Shown: positions 23,180 through 33,865 of the stretch, piece after piece
How the letters are laid out: every line of letters starts with the position of its first letter
Position numbering within the stretch: position 1 is the stretch's first letter
Assembly (NCBI GenBank): GCA_003279565.1
Contig: QCHN01000007.1
Location: 5,855 to 69,854, forward strand
Direction of reading: 5' to 3'
DNA: 64,000 nucleotides
Origin: Prochlorococcus sp. AG-402-C09
Lineage (GTDB): Bacteria > Cyanobacteriota > Cyanobacteriia > PCC-6307 > Cyanobiaceae
Translations under genes and position numbers: made by a program
The notes under the pieces: model-generated
What the model saw: only the letters and a program-made list of their open reading frames with translations
Told to the model about the DNA's origin: nothing
Database searches by the model: none

Positions 23180-24004
23180 CTAACTGGCAATAGCAGTAGG
23201 AAATTCTCCCATTCTTTGAGAAGCGTAACCAATACCTCTTACAGTTAAAATCAATTCCGGGTTTCTTGGATCTGGTTCAAGCTTGCCCCTTAAACGAGCT
23301 ACGTATACATCCACAACTCTTAAATCTGCCGCTCGCCTAGGCGGGTAACCCCAAAGCTGTTCCAAAATCTCTGCTCGGGGCACAACACGTCCAGGATCAC
23401 GGAACAATAATTCCAGCAAACTAAATTCTGTATATGTAAGGCCTATTCTTGCTCCGCCTCTACTGACTTGCCTTCTATTTGTGTCTACCACAAGATCCCC
23501 AAGTTTCATTACTCCTTGCCCGGAAGGAACCTCTCTAGGCTCGTCAACCGTTGGAGCAGGTCCAACTCTTCTCAATATCGTTGCAATTCTTGCCTCTAAC
23601 TCCTTGGGGCTAAATGGCTTAGCCAGGTAATCATCAGCACCTAAATCCAAACCTGCAACTCTTTCTGAAATAGCTTCAAGGGCCGTCAAGAATATGATTG
23701 GGACACAAGACTCTGCTCTTATTCTTCGACAAACTGCAAAACCATCCATCTTAGGGAGCATGACATCCAGAACCACTAAGTCTGGTGCTTCTTTGTGAAA
23801 AACCTCGAGTGCTTGCTCTCCATCCTGTGCAGATAAAACCTGGTAACCAGCAAGGTTAAGCCTTGTAACCAAGACTTTCAGTACTGCTGGTTCATCATCT
23901 ACAACCAAAATACAGGTCATAAGATTAACTGTTGCCGTAGTGACAGGACCATCGAAATTTTGTGTCGAAAATGGCTTCTTGTTATAAGAAGATATCATCT
24001 TCAA
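23180..24004 (-). CDS. srrA: OmpR-family response regulator, RpaB paralogue (SrrA); true start may be downstream (e.g. ATG at 23920)
   Basis: ILVVDDE...LDVMLP...KPF receiver; RVVDVYVARLRGKLEPDPRNPELILTVRGIGY winged helix; lies between lysS and mreD. Confidence 0.8.
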   Translation of the reverse strand: MKMISSYNKKPFSTQNFDGPVTTATVNLMTCILVVDDEPAVLKVLVTRLNLAGYQVLSAQDGEQALEVFHKEAPDLVVLDVMLPKMDGFAVCRRIRAESCVPIIFLTALEAISERVAGLDLGADDYLAKPFSPKELEARIATILRRVGPAPTVDEPREVPSGQGVMKLGDLVVDTNRRQVSRGGARIGLTYTEFSLLELLFRDPGRVVPRAEILEQLWGYPPRRAADLRVVDVYVARLRGKLEPDPRNPELILTVRGIGYASQRMGEFPTAIAS

Positions 24005-24100
24005 GTCAGGTATTCAAAGCCCTTTGACTAATTTAAAAGACAGAGACCCCACTAATAAATAATTATTTTTTCGATTTTTAAAGATTTAAAATTTTTCTAA

Positions 24101-24601
24101 TTACTTTTTTCTGTAAGCAAGAAGAAGCCACGAAGAAAAAAATGGGGCAACTAATCCAGTGATAATTACCTCAGAAATTAATATATAAATTGACCAAGAA
24201 TGAAACCAATTATTTCTTAGAACGCTATATATAATAATTTTTTGAAACCAAATAGAAAGACCAACAAAAGCAGTTCCAAAGATGGCCATCAAACCAATAT
24301 TTAAAAATAATTCAATTTTTTTATTATGCAATCCATATTGACTCCACACTAAAGACAAAAGAAACAAAGATGGAATATAAGAGACATCACTAATTGTAAA
24401 AGAATCAATAAAAACTCCCAAGACAATAGAAGCTATAGCAGCCTTAACAGGAGTACTTTTAAGTGAGAATGGCAACAATAAAATAACAGGCCAGCATGGA
24501 GTTATTCCATTTATTTTTAGCCAATCAGGAGATATAACTATAAAAACCGGTAAGCAAATTGCTGCTAAAAAGATTAATAATTTATTATTATTTTTAGTCA
24601 T
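24101..24601 (-). CDS. mreD: Rod shape-determining protein MreD
   Basis: Hydrophobic 166-aa ORF directly after mreC. Confidence 0.75.
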   Translation of the reverse strand: MTKNNNKLLIFLAAICLPVFIVISPDWLKINGITPCWPVILLLPFSLKSTPVKAAIASIVLGVFIDSFTISDVSYIPSLFLLSLVWSQYGLHNKKIELFLNIGLMAIFGTAFVGLSIWFQKIIIYSVLRNNWFHSWSIYILISEVIITGLVAPFFSSWLLLAYRKK

Positions 24602-25343
24602 TATTTTTCAAAATTTGAACCCAGTCTATTGCCTCAGGTGATGCCGTTAATTGGACTATTGCATATGGAGAAGGCAAAGCTTTTTCGTCAACAAACTGAA
24701 CAATTCCAATTGTTAAGTTTGGGGGTAATAAAGTACTTGCTGGAGATGTAGTTACAGCATCTCCAATTTTAGCCAAAGTATTTTTATTCAAGAAAATTAA
24801 TTTTGGTCTATTTGTACCCATCCCAGTCAAAATTCCATGACGTTTGGTTCGATCAATCCAAGCTCCTACTTGATGACCAGGATCAGTCAATAATCTAACT
24901 CTTGAGGTCAGTGGAGTTGTGCTATCAATAAGACCAATTAAGCCACCTGGTCCAATTACTGTTTGCCCTTTCAAAACCCCATCTTCTGCTCCCTTATTAA
25001 TTTCTAGAAGTTGCCACCAATTTCTCGAAGATCGAGATAGGACAGCGGCTGAAATTCTTTGTTCACTATTAAATTGCTTTAAAGAAAGAGCTTTTCTTAA
25101 ACGATTATTATCATCCTCAAGCAATTTTAATCGAATACTTCTTTCAATATTTTCTCCTTCCTTAATCCATTCTCTTTGAGCAGTGCCAGGGAGTATAGGT
25201 TTTAGCAAAACAGAGTAAAAATCTAAATATCCTGCTCCTTTTGTCCAACGAATCCCAAACAATAAAGCTCCAAATAAAAATATTACCCAAAACCTACTTT
25301 TTAAAAGCAAATGAAACCCTACTTTCCCTCGGGCTTTCATCAT
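24594..25343 (-). CDS. mreC: Rod shape-determining protein MreC
   Basis: Coiled coil then INKGAEDGV, GLIGLI, VRLLTD, GDAVTTS. Confidence 0.9.
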   Translation of the reverse strand: MMKARGKVGFHLLLKSRFWVIFLFGALLFGIRWTKGAGYLDFYSVLLKPILPGTAQREWIKEGENIERSIRLKLLEDDNNRLRKALSLKQFNSEQRISAAVLSRSSRNWWQLLEINKGAEDGVLKGQTVIGPGGLIGLIDSTTPLTSRVRLLTDPGHQVGAWIDRTKRHGILTGMGTNRPKLIFLNKNTLAKIGDAVTTSPASTLLPPNLTIGIVQFVDEKALPSPYAIVQLTASPEAIDWVQILKNND

Positions 25344-25346
25344 TGT

Positions 25347-26408
25347 TCAATCTCTAATTACATTTCTAGCAAAATCGGGCGTATCCAACACTCTTCGCAT
25401 TGATTTAAAATCATCCAAAACCAAGCCACATCCATTGACAACGCACAACAATGGGTCCTCAGCAACGTGAGTGAAAATTCCTGTTTCATGACTTAAAAGA
25501 TCACTAATTCCTCTAACTAATGCTCCTCCACCTGCAAGCATTATCCCCCTATCAACGATGTCTGCAGCTAGCTCAGGTGGAGTTCTCTCTAGAGTTCTTT
25601 TTACTGCATCAACAATCTTGCTCAAGGGCTCTGACATAGCCTCACGTAAATCGCCCGCTTTCAAATTGATGGAACGAGGCAGACCTGAGAGCAAGTGCAA
25701 TCCTCTGACATCTATTGATTGCAAATCAAATTCATTAGATGGGAAAGCTGAGCCAATTTTAATTTTTATCTCTTCAGCAGTTCTCTCCCCGACTACTAAA
25801 TTGTGTACTTTCTTCAAATAAGTAGCAATAGAATCATTAATCTCATCACCCGCTACTCTTACTGATTCACTTAATACTGTTCCACCAAGACTGAGAACAG
25901 CCACTTCAGTAGTCCCCCCACCAATATCAACAATCATTGTTCCGATAGGCTCTGTGACTGGCAAAGAAGCTCCAATTGCAGCTGCCACAGGTTCATCAAT
26001 CAAATGCACCTCTCTTGCTCCAGCAAGACCAGCTTCACGAACTGCTCTTCTCTCGACGCCCGTCACTCCACTAGGAATACCAACTACTAATCGAGGTGCA
26101 ATAATTCCTCTCCCCTCATTACACTTTTGAATAAATGTCTTAAGCATTTGTTCTGCTGCATCAAAATCAGCTATCACACCATCACGTAGGGGCCTAACAG
26201 CACGTATATTCCCAGGTGTTCGCCCTAACATTAATTTCGCATCATCCCCTACAGCCAAAGGGATACCTTCTTCTAAATCCATTGCCACAACTGAAGGTTC
26301 TTGCAAAACAATTCCTTTGCCAGAAACATAAATCAAGGTATTCGCTGTACCTAAATCGATCCCAATATCTCGGGAAAATTTGAAACGGTTAAAAAACACG
26401 GATTTCAA
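25347..26408 (-). CDS. mreB: Actin-like protein MreB (start may be GTG at 26399)
   Basis: IGIDLGTANT, DIGGGTTEVA, LAGGGAL. Confidence 0.97.
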   Translation of the reverse strand: MKSVFFNRFKFSRDIGIDLGTANTLIYVSGKGIVLQEPSVVAMDLEEGIPLAVGDDAKLMLGRTPGNIRAVRPLRDGVIADFDAAEQMLKTFIQKCNEGRGIIAPRLVVGIPSGVTGVERRAVREAGLAGAREVHLIDEPVAAAIGASLPVTEPIGTMIVDIGGGTTEVAVLSLGGTVLSESVRVAGDEINDSIATYLKKVHNLVVGERTAEEIKIKIGSAFPSNEFDLQSIDVRGLHLLSGLPRSINLKAGDLREAMSEPLSKIVDAVKRTLERTPPELAADIVDRGIMLAGGGALVRGISDLLSHETGIFTHVAEDPLLCVVNGCGLVLDDFKSMRRVLDTPDFARNVIRD

Positions 26409-26484
26409 TCATTTGAGCAATCATAAAGAGAGTTGAACTAAGATAAATACATTATTTAGCAACCAATAAACATCGGAGGCAAAA

Positions 26485-26871
26485 ATGGGAATAAATTCAG
26501 TTACTCTTGTGGGTAGAGCAGGAAGAGATCCAGAAGTTAGATATTTTGAATCTGGCACGGTTGTAGCAAACCTAACCATGGCTGTAAATAGAAGAAATAG
26601 AGAGGATGAACCAGATTGGTTTAATCTGGAAATCTGGGGTAAACAAGCTCAGGTCGCAGCCGATTACGTAAAAAAAGGTTCTTTAATCGGCGTAACTGGT
26701 AGCTTTAAAATGGATAGCTGGAAGGATCGTAATACCGGAGAAGATAGAAACAAACCCGTTGTAAGAGTTGATCGTCTTGAATTATTAGGATCAAAAAGAG
26801 ATTCAGAAAATAGTAATTTTCAAAGCAATAATTCTTTCAATCAAACAAGCAGTGATGAGATTCCATTTTAA
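26485..26871 (+). CDS. ssb: Single-stranded DNA-binding protein
   Basis: NSVTLVGRAGRDPE; acidic C-terminal DEIPF. Confidence 0.97.
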   Translation: MGINSVTLVGRAGRDPEVRYFESGTVVANLTMAVNRRNREDEPDWFNLEIWGKQAQVAADYVKKGSLIGVTGSFKMDSWKDRNTGEDRNKPVVRVDRLELLGSKRDSENSNFQSNNSFNQTSSDEIPF

Positions 26872-26881
26872 AAATATTCTT

Positions 26882-27538
26882 TTAATTGATAATTAGTTTT
26901 CGAAGGGTTTTATAAATCAAAGTTATTATTGCAAGTGAAATCGATAAAATAATAATGATCTTAAAGATACTAGAAAAAGGACTAATCCATTGCTCGATAT
27001 TTGCATAATTTTCTCCCAGATAAAACCCTGTAATTGTTAAAAACAAAGTCCAAATCATGCTCCCTGCTGTCGTCCAAAAAAGAAAGGGGGTAATGGGCAT
27101 TAGCTCGACCCCAGCAGGGACTGAAATCAAAGTCCTAATTCCTGGTACTAATCTTCCCCAAAACACCAAAGATACGCCATACCTGTTGAACCATTTACGA
27201 CTTCGAGCAAGATCCTGAGGATTTATTCCAATCCAACGTCCATTGTTCTCAAGCCATTTCTCCAGTCTTTCTTCATTCACTAATTTGCCAATTCCATACC
27301 AAGGCAAAGCACCGATTACAGTTCCTATTAATCCTGCTAAAACAACTGGAAAAAAATCTAATTGGCCTTGAGCCACATAAAAGCCGCCTAGAGGCATTAT
27401 CAATTCTGAGGGAATTGGAGGAATTAGATTTTCCAAAAACATTGCCAACAATATGGCTCCATATCCAATCCACTGGTTAGTTTCAACCGCATTTCCTATC
27501 AATACTGGTAACGAAGATATAAATTCTGATATTTCCAT
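26882..27538 (-). CDS. dedA: DedA family membrane protein
   Basis: LENLIPPIPSELI, GRLVPGIRTLISVPAG. Confidence 0.92.
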   Translation of the reverse strand: MEISEFISSLPVLIGNAVETNQWIGYGAILLAMFLENLIPPIPSELIMPLGGFYVAQGQLDFFPVVLAGLIGTVIGALPWYGIGKLVNEERLEKWLENNGRWIGINPQDLARSRKWFNRYGVSLVFWGRLVPGIRTLISVPAGVELMPITPFLFWTTAGSMIWTLFLTITGFYLGENYANIEQWISPFSSIFKIIIILSISLAIITLIYKTLRKLIIN

Positions 27539-27561
27539 TTAGTTTGATCTATTTAAATAAA

Positions 27562-28995
27562 TTAATAACGATATTGATCTGTCTTATAGGGACCTTCAAT
27601 TGGAACATTAATGTAATCAGCTTGTTCTTTAGTTAAAGTAGTTAACTTTGCTCCTATCTTATCTAAATGAAGAATAGCGACCATTTCATCTAGATGTTTT
27701 GGTAAAACATAAACTTTATTCAAATATTTAACACCATATTTGAATAATTCAATTTGAGCTAATACTTGATTAGTAAAAGAATTGCTCATAACAAAACTTG
27801 GATGACCAGTAGCACATCCAAGGTTGACTAATCTTCCCTCTGCTAAAAGAATTATTTTGTTACCACTAGGCAGAGTTATGTGATCAACTTGAGGTTTAAT
27901 ATTTTCCCATTCATAGGGCTTTAAGGAAGAAACTTCAATTTCATTATCAAAGTGGCCGATATTACAAACTATCGATTCATTCTTCATCCTAATTAAATGC
28001 TCATGACGAATAACTTGGAAGTTTCCCGTGGCAGTAACAAAAATATCCACATCTTCAACCACTTCATCTAACCTAACAACTCTAAAACCCTCCATTGCCG
28101 CTTGAAGCGCGCATATAGGATCTATCTCAGAAATCATTACTGTCGCCCCTAGACCTCTAAGTGACTGAGCAGAACCTTTACCAACATCTCCATAACCCAT
28201 AACTAGAGCGACCTTGCCCGCAACCATTACATCTGTAGCTCTTTTAATTCCATCTACCAAAGATTCTCTACATCCATAGAGATTATCAAACTTACTTTTG
28301 GTAACAGAATCATTCACATTAATTGCTGGGAAAACAAGTTCTCCACTTTTTTCCATTTGATAAAGTCGAGCCACACCAGTTGTAGTTTCTTCAGTAACAC
28401 CTTTTATGAAAGATTTAGCTTTTGAATAAAAATTTGGATCTTGAGAAAGCTTTTTCTTGATAGAAGCAAATAAGGCAATTTCTTCTTCATTTGAAGGATT
28501 ATCAAGAACTGAAATATCTTCTTCAGCTTTGCTACCTAAAATAATTAATCCAGTAGCATCACCTCCATCATCAAGAATCATATTTGCAGCTTCACCGTCT
28601 CTCCATTCAAAAATTTTGTGTGTATATTCCCAATATTCATTTAAAGTCTCACCCTTCTTAGCAAATACTGGGACACCTGAACTTGCAATAGCTGCAGCAG
28701 CATGATCTTGAGTAGAGAAAATATTACAAGAAGCCCATCTAACTTTTGCGCCAAGTTCAACAAGAGTTTCAATAAGTACCCCTGTTTGGATAGTCATATG
28801 GAGACTACCTGCAATAAAAGCTCCTTTTAATGGTTTTTGGGATCCATATTTTTTCCTCAATGCCATTAGACCTGGCATCTCTGTTTCAGCTATCAAAAGT
28901 TCTTTTCGCCCGAATTCTGCTTCGGTTATATCGTTAACTACGTAATCAGTATTTTTCTCAATACTGTTGAGATTTGACTTGGTTGCTGCAAACAT
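27562..28995 (-). CDS. ahcY: Adenosylhomocysteinase
   Basis: [33 protein letters not shown]. Confidence 0.98.
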   Translation of the reverse strand: MFAATKSNLNSIEKNTDYVVNDITEAEFGRKELLIAETEMPGLMALRKKYGSQKPLKGAFIAGSLHMTIQTGVLIETLVELGAKVRWASCNIFSTQDHAAAAIASSGVPVFAKKGETLNEYWEYTHKIFEWRDGEAANMILDDGGDATGLIILGSKAEEDISVLDNPSNEEEIALFASIKKKLSQDPNFYSKAKSFIKGVTEETTTGVARLYQMEKSGELVFPAINVNDSVTKSKFDNLYGCRESLVDGIKRATDVMVAGKVALVMGYGDVGKGSAQSLRGLGATVMISEIDPICALQAAMEGFRVVRLDEVVEDVDIFVTATGNFQVIRHEHLIRMKNESIVCNIGHFDNEIEVSSLKPYEWENIKPQVDHITLPSGNKIILLAEGRLVNLGCATGHPSFVMSNSFTNQVLAQIELFKYGVKYLNKVYVLPKHLDEMVAILHLDKIGAKLTTLTKEQADYINVPIEGPYKTDQYRY

Positions 28996-28998
28996 AAA

Positions 28999-29544
28999 TT
29001 GTACTCTCTATGGGAGATTGTGAAAAAAGATACTGAAAAACAATTCGAGGTTTTTAATTCATTTGCTCAGCAAACTAATAATTTCTGCTGGACTCTGGAT
29101 AAACCTGAATCAACGATGTCATTAGGATCAACATTAACAAAAAAATTTCCAGATCTACGTATTCTCCTTTTACTTGGGCCTCTTGGAGCAGGAAAAACAA
29201 CATTAGTTAAAGGAATTGCAAAAAGCTTAAGAATTCAAGAACCCATAACTTCTCCTACTTTTCCTTTATCCCAGCATTACCCTTTAGGGTCTCCACCATT
29301 AATACATCTTGATCTTTATCGAATTGAAGAGCCAAATGCGGCAAACGAGTTTTTTTTACAAGAAGAAGAGGAATCCAAAGTCCTTGGAGCATTGATGGTC
29401 GTTGAATGGCCAGAAAGATTATCTCTTCCAATGCCCGATGCGTGGAGAGGAAAACTTGAATATTCTTCAAACAATCAAGGAAGGTTTTTTCAGCTCATAC
29501 CTCCTCTCGAAAAAGACAATAAACCATCAATATCTTCCAGGTAA
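28999..29544 (+). CDS. tsaE: tRNA threonylcarbamoyladenosine biosynthesis ATPase (start uncertain)
   Basis: [26 protein letters not shown]. Confidence 0.92.
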   Translation: MYSLWEIVKKDTEKQFEVFNSFAQQTNNFCWTLDKPESTMSLGSTLTKKFPDLRILLLLGPLGAGKTTLVKGIAKSLRIQEPITSPTFPLSQHYPLGSPPLIHLDLYRIEEPNAANEFFLQEEEESKVLGALMVVEWPERLSLPMPDAWRGKLEYSSNNQGRFFQLIPPLEKDNKPSISSR

Positions 29545-30506
29545 GGTTGTGAATCTATAGCTCCTAATCCTCGGCATACATGCGAACCACATGCAATTGC
29601 AAATTTAATAATTTCTTTAGCTATTTGTTCATTAATTTGATCCAACTCCACAGACATGAGTTTATAAATTAATCCAGCAGTGAATGCATCACCAGCTCCA
29701 GTAGTGTCAACTACAGAAGAAGGAACAATTGAAAATGATTTCCCTAAGTGATTGTTAAGTAACCATAAAACAGGATGCGATCCATCAGTCACAACTACAG
29801 ATGGTCTATTAGGCAAAGATGATGAAATTTCAACTGGATTGGAGGTGTGAAAAAACCATTCAGCTTCTTCTCGTGCGAGTTTTATTAATGAAACTTTTTT
29901 TGCAATAGAGATTATTTTATTTCTTTCTTCAATAGATGGTTCCAAAACTGTTGAAACTTCCTTACGCCAAAAAGTTGGACGCCAATTCAGATCCAATACA
30001 ATCTTGATTCCTGCATTAACAGCAGTTTCTAGGCACCATAAAAAAGCATTAGAAGAAATTTCTGAAGCAAGAGGAATAGTCCCTACAACTAACCATTTCG
30101 CGTTTTCTTGAACGAGTGACCAGTTTTTTATAATTTGTTCACGAAATATAGCTTGATCAGCAAATCCCAATCCTTTATCCCCCTCAAATCCTTCAAAGAA
30201 CCTTTCTCCCAAAGAATCTCTACGAACCAAGACAACTCTTGTAGGACGAATGTTGTCTTTCTGCAATCCAGCGGTATTAACACCTCTCTCAACCAATAAA
30301 TTCTTAAAATTGTCACCAAAAGCATCATTTCCAAGAGAACCAATAAATGAAACATTGACACCCAAGCGACCTAATGCACATGCAACATTAGCTGGAGCAC
30401 CCCCAAAGCAATCTATTACTGGTAAATCAAACAAAGGATCACCTCCAGGAGGGCCAAGTCGATCTATCAACGCTTCCCCAATAGCAATTACACTTTCAGC
30501 CTTCAT
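29490..30506 (-). CDS. PfkB family carbohydrate kinase
   Basis: GGAPANVA, DLNWRP, DTTGAGDAF. Confidence 0.92.
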   Translation of the reverse strand: MKAESVIAIGEALIDRLGPPGGDPLFDLPVIDCFGGAPANVACALGRLGVNVSFIGSLGNDAFGDNFKNLLVERGVNTAGLQKDNIRPTRVVLVRRDSLGERFFEGFEGDKGLGFADQAIFREQIIKNWSLVQENAKWLVVGTIPLASEISSNAFLWCLETAVNAGIKIVLDLNWRPTFWRKEVSTVLEPSIEERNKIISIAKKVSLIKLAREEAEWFFHTSNPVEISSSLPNRPSVVVTDGSHPVLWLLNNHLGKSFSIVPSSVVDTTGAGDAFTAGLIYKLMSVELDQINEQIAKEIIKFAIACGSHVCRGLGAIDSQPYLEDIDGLLSFSRGGMS

Positions 30507-30542
30507 GTTTAATTGTTTATCAATAAAGTTATTATTGGCGAT

Positions 30543-31700
30543 TTAAAGTTTTTTATTTCCAATACAAAGATGTTTATGTAATTCAGAAATAATTTTTGCG
30601 TTAGCAGCAGGAAAAGGAAAATCAAAAAGTTTTTCCGGAGACACCCAAAGTAATTTTTGACTTGCCAAAGGTTTAGGTTCACCTGACATCCATTCACAAA
30701 TATGTACAGTGAAATGAAGTTTTTTGTGAGTATAGGCGTGTTCAAAAGATAATAGCTTTGCTCCAACTTTGACTACAATTCCAAGCTCCTCTTTTAATTC
30801 TCTCTCGATAGTCTTTTCAATAAGTTCGTCGGAGGTTTTTTTCCCTCCTGGAAATTCCCACATTCCACCCATACTGAAACTTTCAGGACGCTGGTCAATA
30901 AGCAATTCGCCGTTTTTATTAAAAACAAGTCCAATGCCAATCTCTTGAAGAGGCTTTTTAGGGTTCATCCTTTTTTCAGGAAAGTTCTCAGGATCGTACT
31001 TTGTATATGCAACACAATAATTTTGTAGTGGGCACAAAGAACAACTTGGTTTTTTGGGAGTACAAACAATTGTTCCCAAGTCCATTAAAGCCTGATTGAA
31101 ATCCCTAGGACTGAGAGTTGAAATCAATAAAAAACTATATTCCCATAATTTTTTCTCATCTATCAAAGAAGTTCTTTTGTTAGCAAATAATCTAGAATAA
31201 ATTCGTTTTACATTTCCATCTAATATTGGTTCAGGAAAGTCAAAGGCAGATGAGATGATACTAGCTGCAGTAGTTCTACCAACTCCAGGAAGAGACATCC
31301 ATTGATCTATTCCTTTAGGCCAAGAGTAAGGATCTTGATCTTTATCTTTGCCAACAAGTTCAATTAATATTTTAGAGGATTGATGTATTCGATTTGCACG
31401 TGAATAATATCCAAGACCTTGCCATCTCAAAAGAACATCCTCCAAATCAGCTTCTGCTAAATAAGTCAAAGTAGGGAAAAACTTTATCCATTTCTCCCAG
31501 TAAGGAATAACAACCTTCAACTGAGTCTGCTGAAGCATTACCTCTGCGATCCAAATTTGATACGGAGATATAATTTCACCTGATTGAGGAATAGATCCAT
31601 CAGGCTTTAATTTCCAAGGTATCCAATGTCTACCATTTACCTCAAACCATTCGAGAAGTGAATTTTGGATATCACGAGTAGAATGAATATTACTCATCAA
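30543..31700 (-). CDS. mutY: A/G-specific adenine glycosylase with C-terminal Nudix (MutT) domain
   Basis: EVMLQQT, GLGYYSRA, LPGVGRTTA, Fe-S motif CTPKKPSCSLCPLQNYC, Nudix box GKKTSDELIEKTIERELKEELG. Confidence 0.93.
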   Translation of the reverse strand: MMSNIHSTRDIQNSLLEWFEVNGRHWIPWKLKPDGSIPQSGEIISPYQIWIAEVMLQQTQLKVVIPYWEKWIKFFPTLTYLAEADLEDVLLRWQGLGYYSRANRIHQSSKILIELVGKDKDQDPYSWPKGIDQWMSLPGVGRTTAASIISSAFDFPEPILDGNVKRIYSRLFANKRTSLIDEKKLWEYSFLLISTLSPRDFNQALMDLGTIVCTPKKPSCSLCPLQNYCVAYTKYDPENFPEKRMNPKKPLQEIGIGLVFNKNGELLIDQRPESFSMGGMWEFPGGKKTSDELIEKTIERELKEELGIVVKVGAKLLSFEHAYTHKKLHFTVHICEWMSGEPKPLASQKLLWVSPEKLFDFPFPAANAKIISELHKHLCIGNKKL

Positions 31701-31873
31701 GATAAATCAAACTCTAAACAATATTCTTAAATAATATCATTTTTTTTAATTAATTTTTCACTAAAATTAATACTTTCTACTAGCTAATCCATGCGATAAT
31801 TTTTTAAAAAAAATATTGACTTAACAAAAGATATACTTTTAAATAAAAATAATTTAGAATACTCTCGAGAGTT

Positions 31874-32773
31874 ATGAAGCAATTATGGAATTGGAAAAAT
31901 TATCAAATTGCATGGCAAGTAGAAGCAACAGATAATAATTCTGAAATTGCAATAGTGTTAATTCATGGTTTCGGAGCATGTAAAGATCATTGGAGATTTA
32001 ATCAAAAATACCTTAGTTCAATTGCACCATGCTATGCGTTAGATCTAGTGGGATTCGGAGAAAGTAGCCAGCCAAACTCACAGCTTGTATACGAAAAGAA
32101 AACACCTGAAAATTTCAGTTATTGTTTTGATAACTGGAGTCAGCAAGTATATGATTTCTGTAATGAAATAGTTAAAAAACCTGTCTTATTAATAGGAAAT
32201 TCAATTGGGGGAGTGATTGCATTAAATACTTCAAAAAAACTATCAACCAAATGCTTAAGCATAGTATTAATTGATTGTGCTCAAAGGACAATGGATGACA
32301 AGCGTTTACCCGAACAATCATTATTAATGCGATTTCTTAGACCAGTTATTAAAACTTTAGTTAGACAAAGACTTTTCAGTTCTAATATTTTCAAAAATGC
32401 AGCAAATCCTAATTTTATTGAAAAGATTTTAAAAGTAGCTTATCCAAGTGGAAACAATATTGACAAAGAGTTAATAGAATTACTATTCCAACCAACTCAA
32501 GGAAAAGGAGCATCAGAAGCTTTTAGAGGTTTTATTAATTTATTTGATGATTATCTTGCGCCAGATTTACTTAATCAGTTGGACAATCGAGTACATTTAA
32601 TCTGGGGTGAAAAGGATCCTTGGGAACCCGTAAAAGAGGCTCGAAAATGGTATCAAAACTTTGAGTGTATAAAATCTTTAGATGTTATTTCTAATGCTGG
32701 GCATTGCCCCCATGATGAAATGCCTGAAAAAGTTAATCCAATTCTTAAAAAGATAATTCAAGAAGCCATATAA
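31874..32773 (+). CDS. Alpha/beta fold hydrolase
   Basis: LIHGFGA, GNSIGG, AGHCPHDE. Confidence 0.9.
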   Translation: MKQLWNWKNYQIAWQVEATDNNSEIAIVLIHGFGACKDHWRFNQKYLSSIAPCYALDLVGFGESSQPNSQLVYEKKTPENFSYCFDNWSQQVYDFCNEIVKKPVLLIGNSIGGVIALNTSKKLSTKCLSIVLIDCAQRTMDDKRLPEQSLLMRFLRPVIKTLVRQRLFSSNIFKNAANPNFIEKILKVAYPSGNNIDKELIELLFQPTQGKGASEAFRGFINLFDDYLAPDLLNQLDNRVHLIWGEKDPWEPVKEARKWYQNFECIKSLDVISNAGHCPHDEMPEKVNPILKKIIQEAI

Positions 32774-33765
32774 GCTTCAACTGATTCACCAGTTTTTCGT
32801 AAACCACGTAAACCATCTCTTTCTAAATTTCTGACTCTATCTCTACTAATACCCAAAACTCTTCCAATACCAGTCAGGCTCATGGGATCATCTCCATCCA
32901 TGCCATATCTCATTCTTAAAACACGGTTTTGCAATTCAGGTAATTGTTCGAGTAACGATTCTAAATCACCTTTCATACAATCACTTTCTATCTGCTCAGA
33001 AGGCATATCAATTTCGTTAGATAATAAATCCAATAAGATTGTGTCTTCTCCATCACCGATTTTTGTTTCTAAACTAACTGGCTGACCAGCTTTACTCATT
33101 AGATCTTTCACATCGTCTTCTGGCAATTCAACGTATTCAGATAATTCTTTTAATGTTGGTGTTCTAGAAAGTTCTTGGCTGAGTTCCCGTTGACCTTTTT
33201 TTAACTTATTAAGCATTTCAGTTATGTGAATTGGGAGTCTTATTGATCTACTTTTTTCTGCTATTGCCCTAGTAATACCTTGGCGAATCCACCAGTATGC
33301 ATAAGTAGAAAACTTATATCCACGAGTTGGATCAAACTTTTCTACACCTCGTACCAACCCAATTGTTCCCTCTTGAATTAAATCTAATAACTCCATATTT
33401 CTCTTTGTGTATTTCTTTGCAACACTCACGACTAAACGTAGATTAGCTGCAACCATTCTTTCTTTTGCTCTTCTTCCGCTTTTCAGCTTCTTTTTCAATT
33501 GGATGATGGAAACTCCAGCCTTCTCAGCAAAAAAACTGATATCTGGTTTTTCACCTAAATTACTCTCAAGTTCAATCTCGAGGTTTTCGAGAACCATAAG
33601 ATCTTGAACTTGTCTTCCCAGTGTTATTTCCTGCTCATGTGAGAGCAAAGGGACTCTACCGATATCTCTTAAATAGGAGCGAACAAGATCTATATCTGAT
33701 ACAGATCTTGTAGAAGCAACGACAGTTGATTTCTTGGTATTAGGAGCCTCTACTGCCGCTTTCAT
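32758..33765 (-). CDS. Group 2 RNA polymerase sigma factor (RpoD3/SigD-like)
   Basis: YLRDIGRVPLL, NLRLVVSVAKKY, DLIQEG, KFSTYAYWWIRQ, region 4 helix-turn-helix; no region 1.1. Confidence 0.93.
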   Translation of the reverse strand: MKAAVEAPNTKKSTVVASTRSVSDIDLVRSYLRDIGRVPLLSHEQEITLGRQVQDLMVLENLEIELESNLGEKPDISFFAEKAGVSIIQLKKKLKSGRRAKERMVAANLRLVVSVAKKYTKRNMELLDLIQEGTIGLVRGVEKFDPTRGYKFSTYAYWWIRQGITRAIAEKSRSIRLPIHITEMLNKLKKGQRELSQELSRTPTLKELSEYVELPEDDVKDLMSKAGQPVSLETKIGDGEDTILLDLLSNEIDMPSEQIESDCMKGDLESLLEQLPELQNRVLRMRYGMDGDDPMSLTGIGRVLGISRDRVRNLERDGLRGLRKTGESVEAYMAS

Positions 33766-33865
33766 AGGTTTGTTGAGTTTTGTAAAGCTTACTACTAAGA
33801 ATTGTAAAGATCAATTAAAAGGAGCTCGGCTTCCCGCACTTTGAGTACAAACACCTAGTCGGGTA

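Noticed and set aside
23180-24004. Calling this gene rpaB
   Set aside because: The receiver sequence (DDEPAVLKVLVTRL) and the lysS-mreD position fit the paralogue SrrA better.
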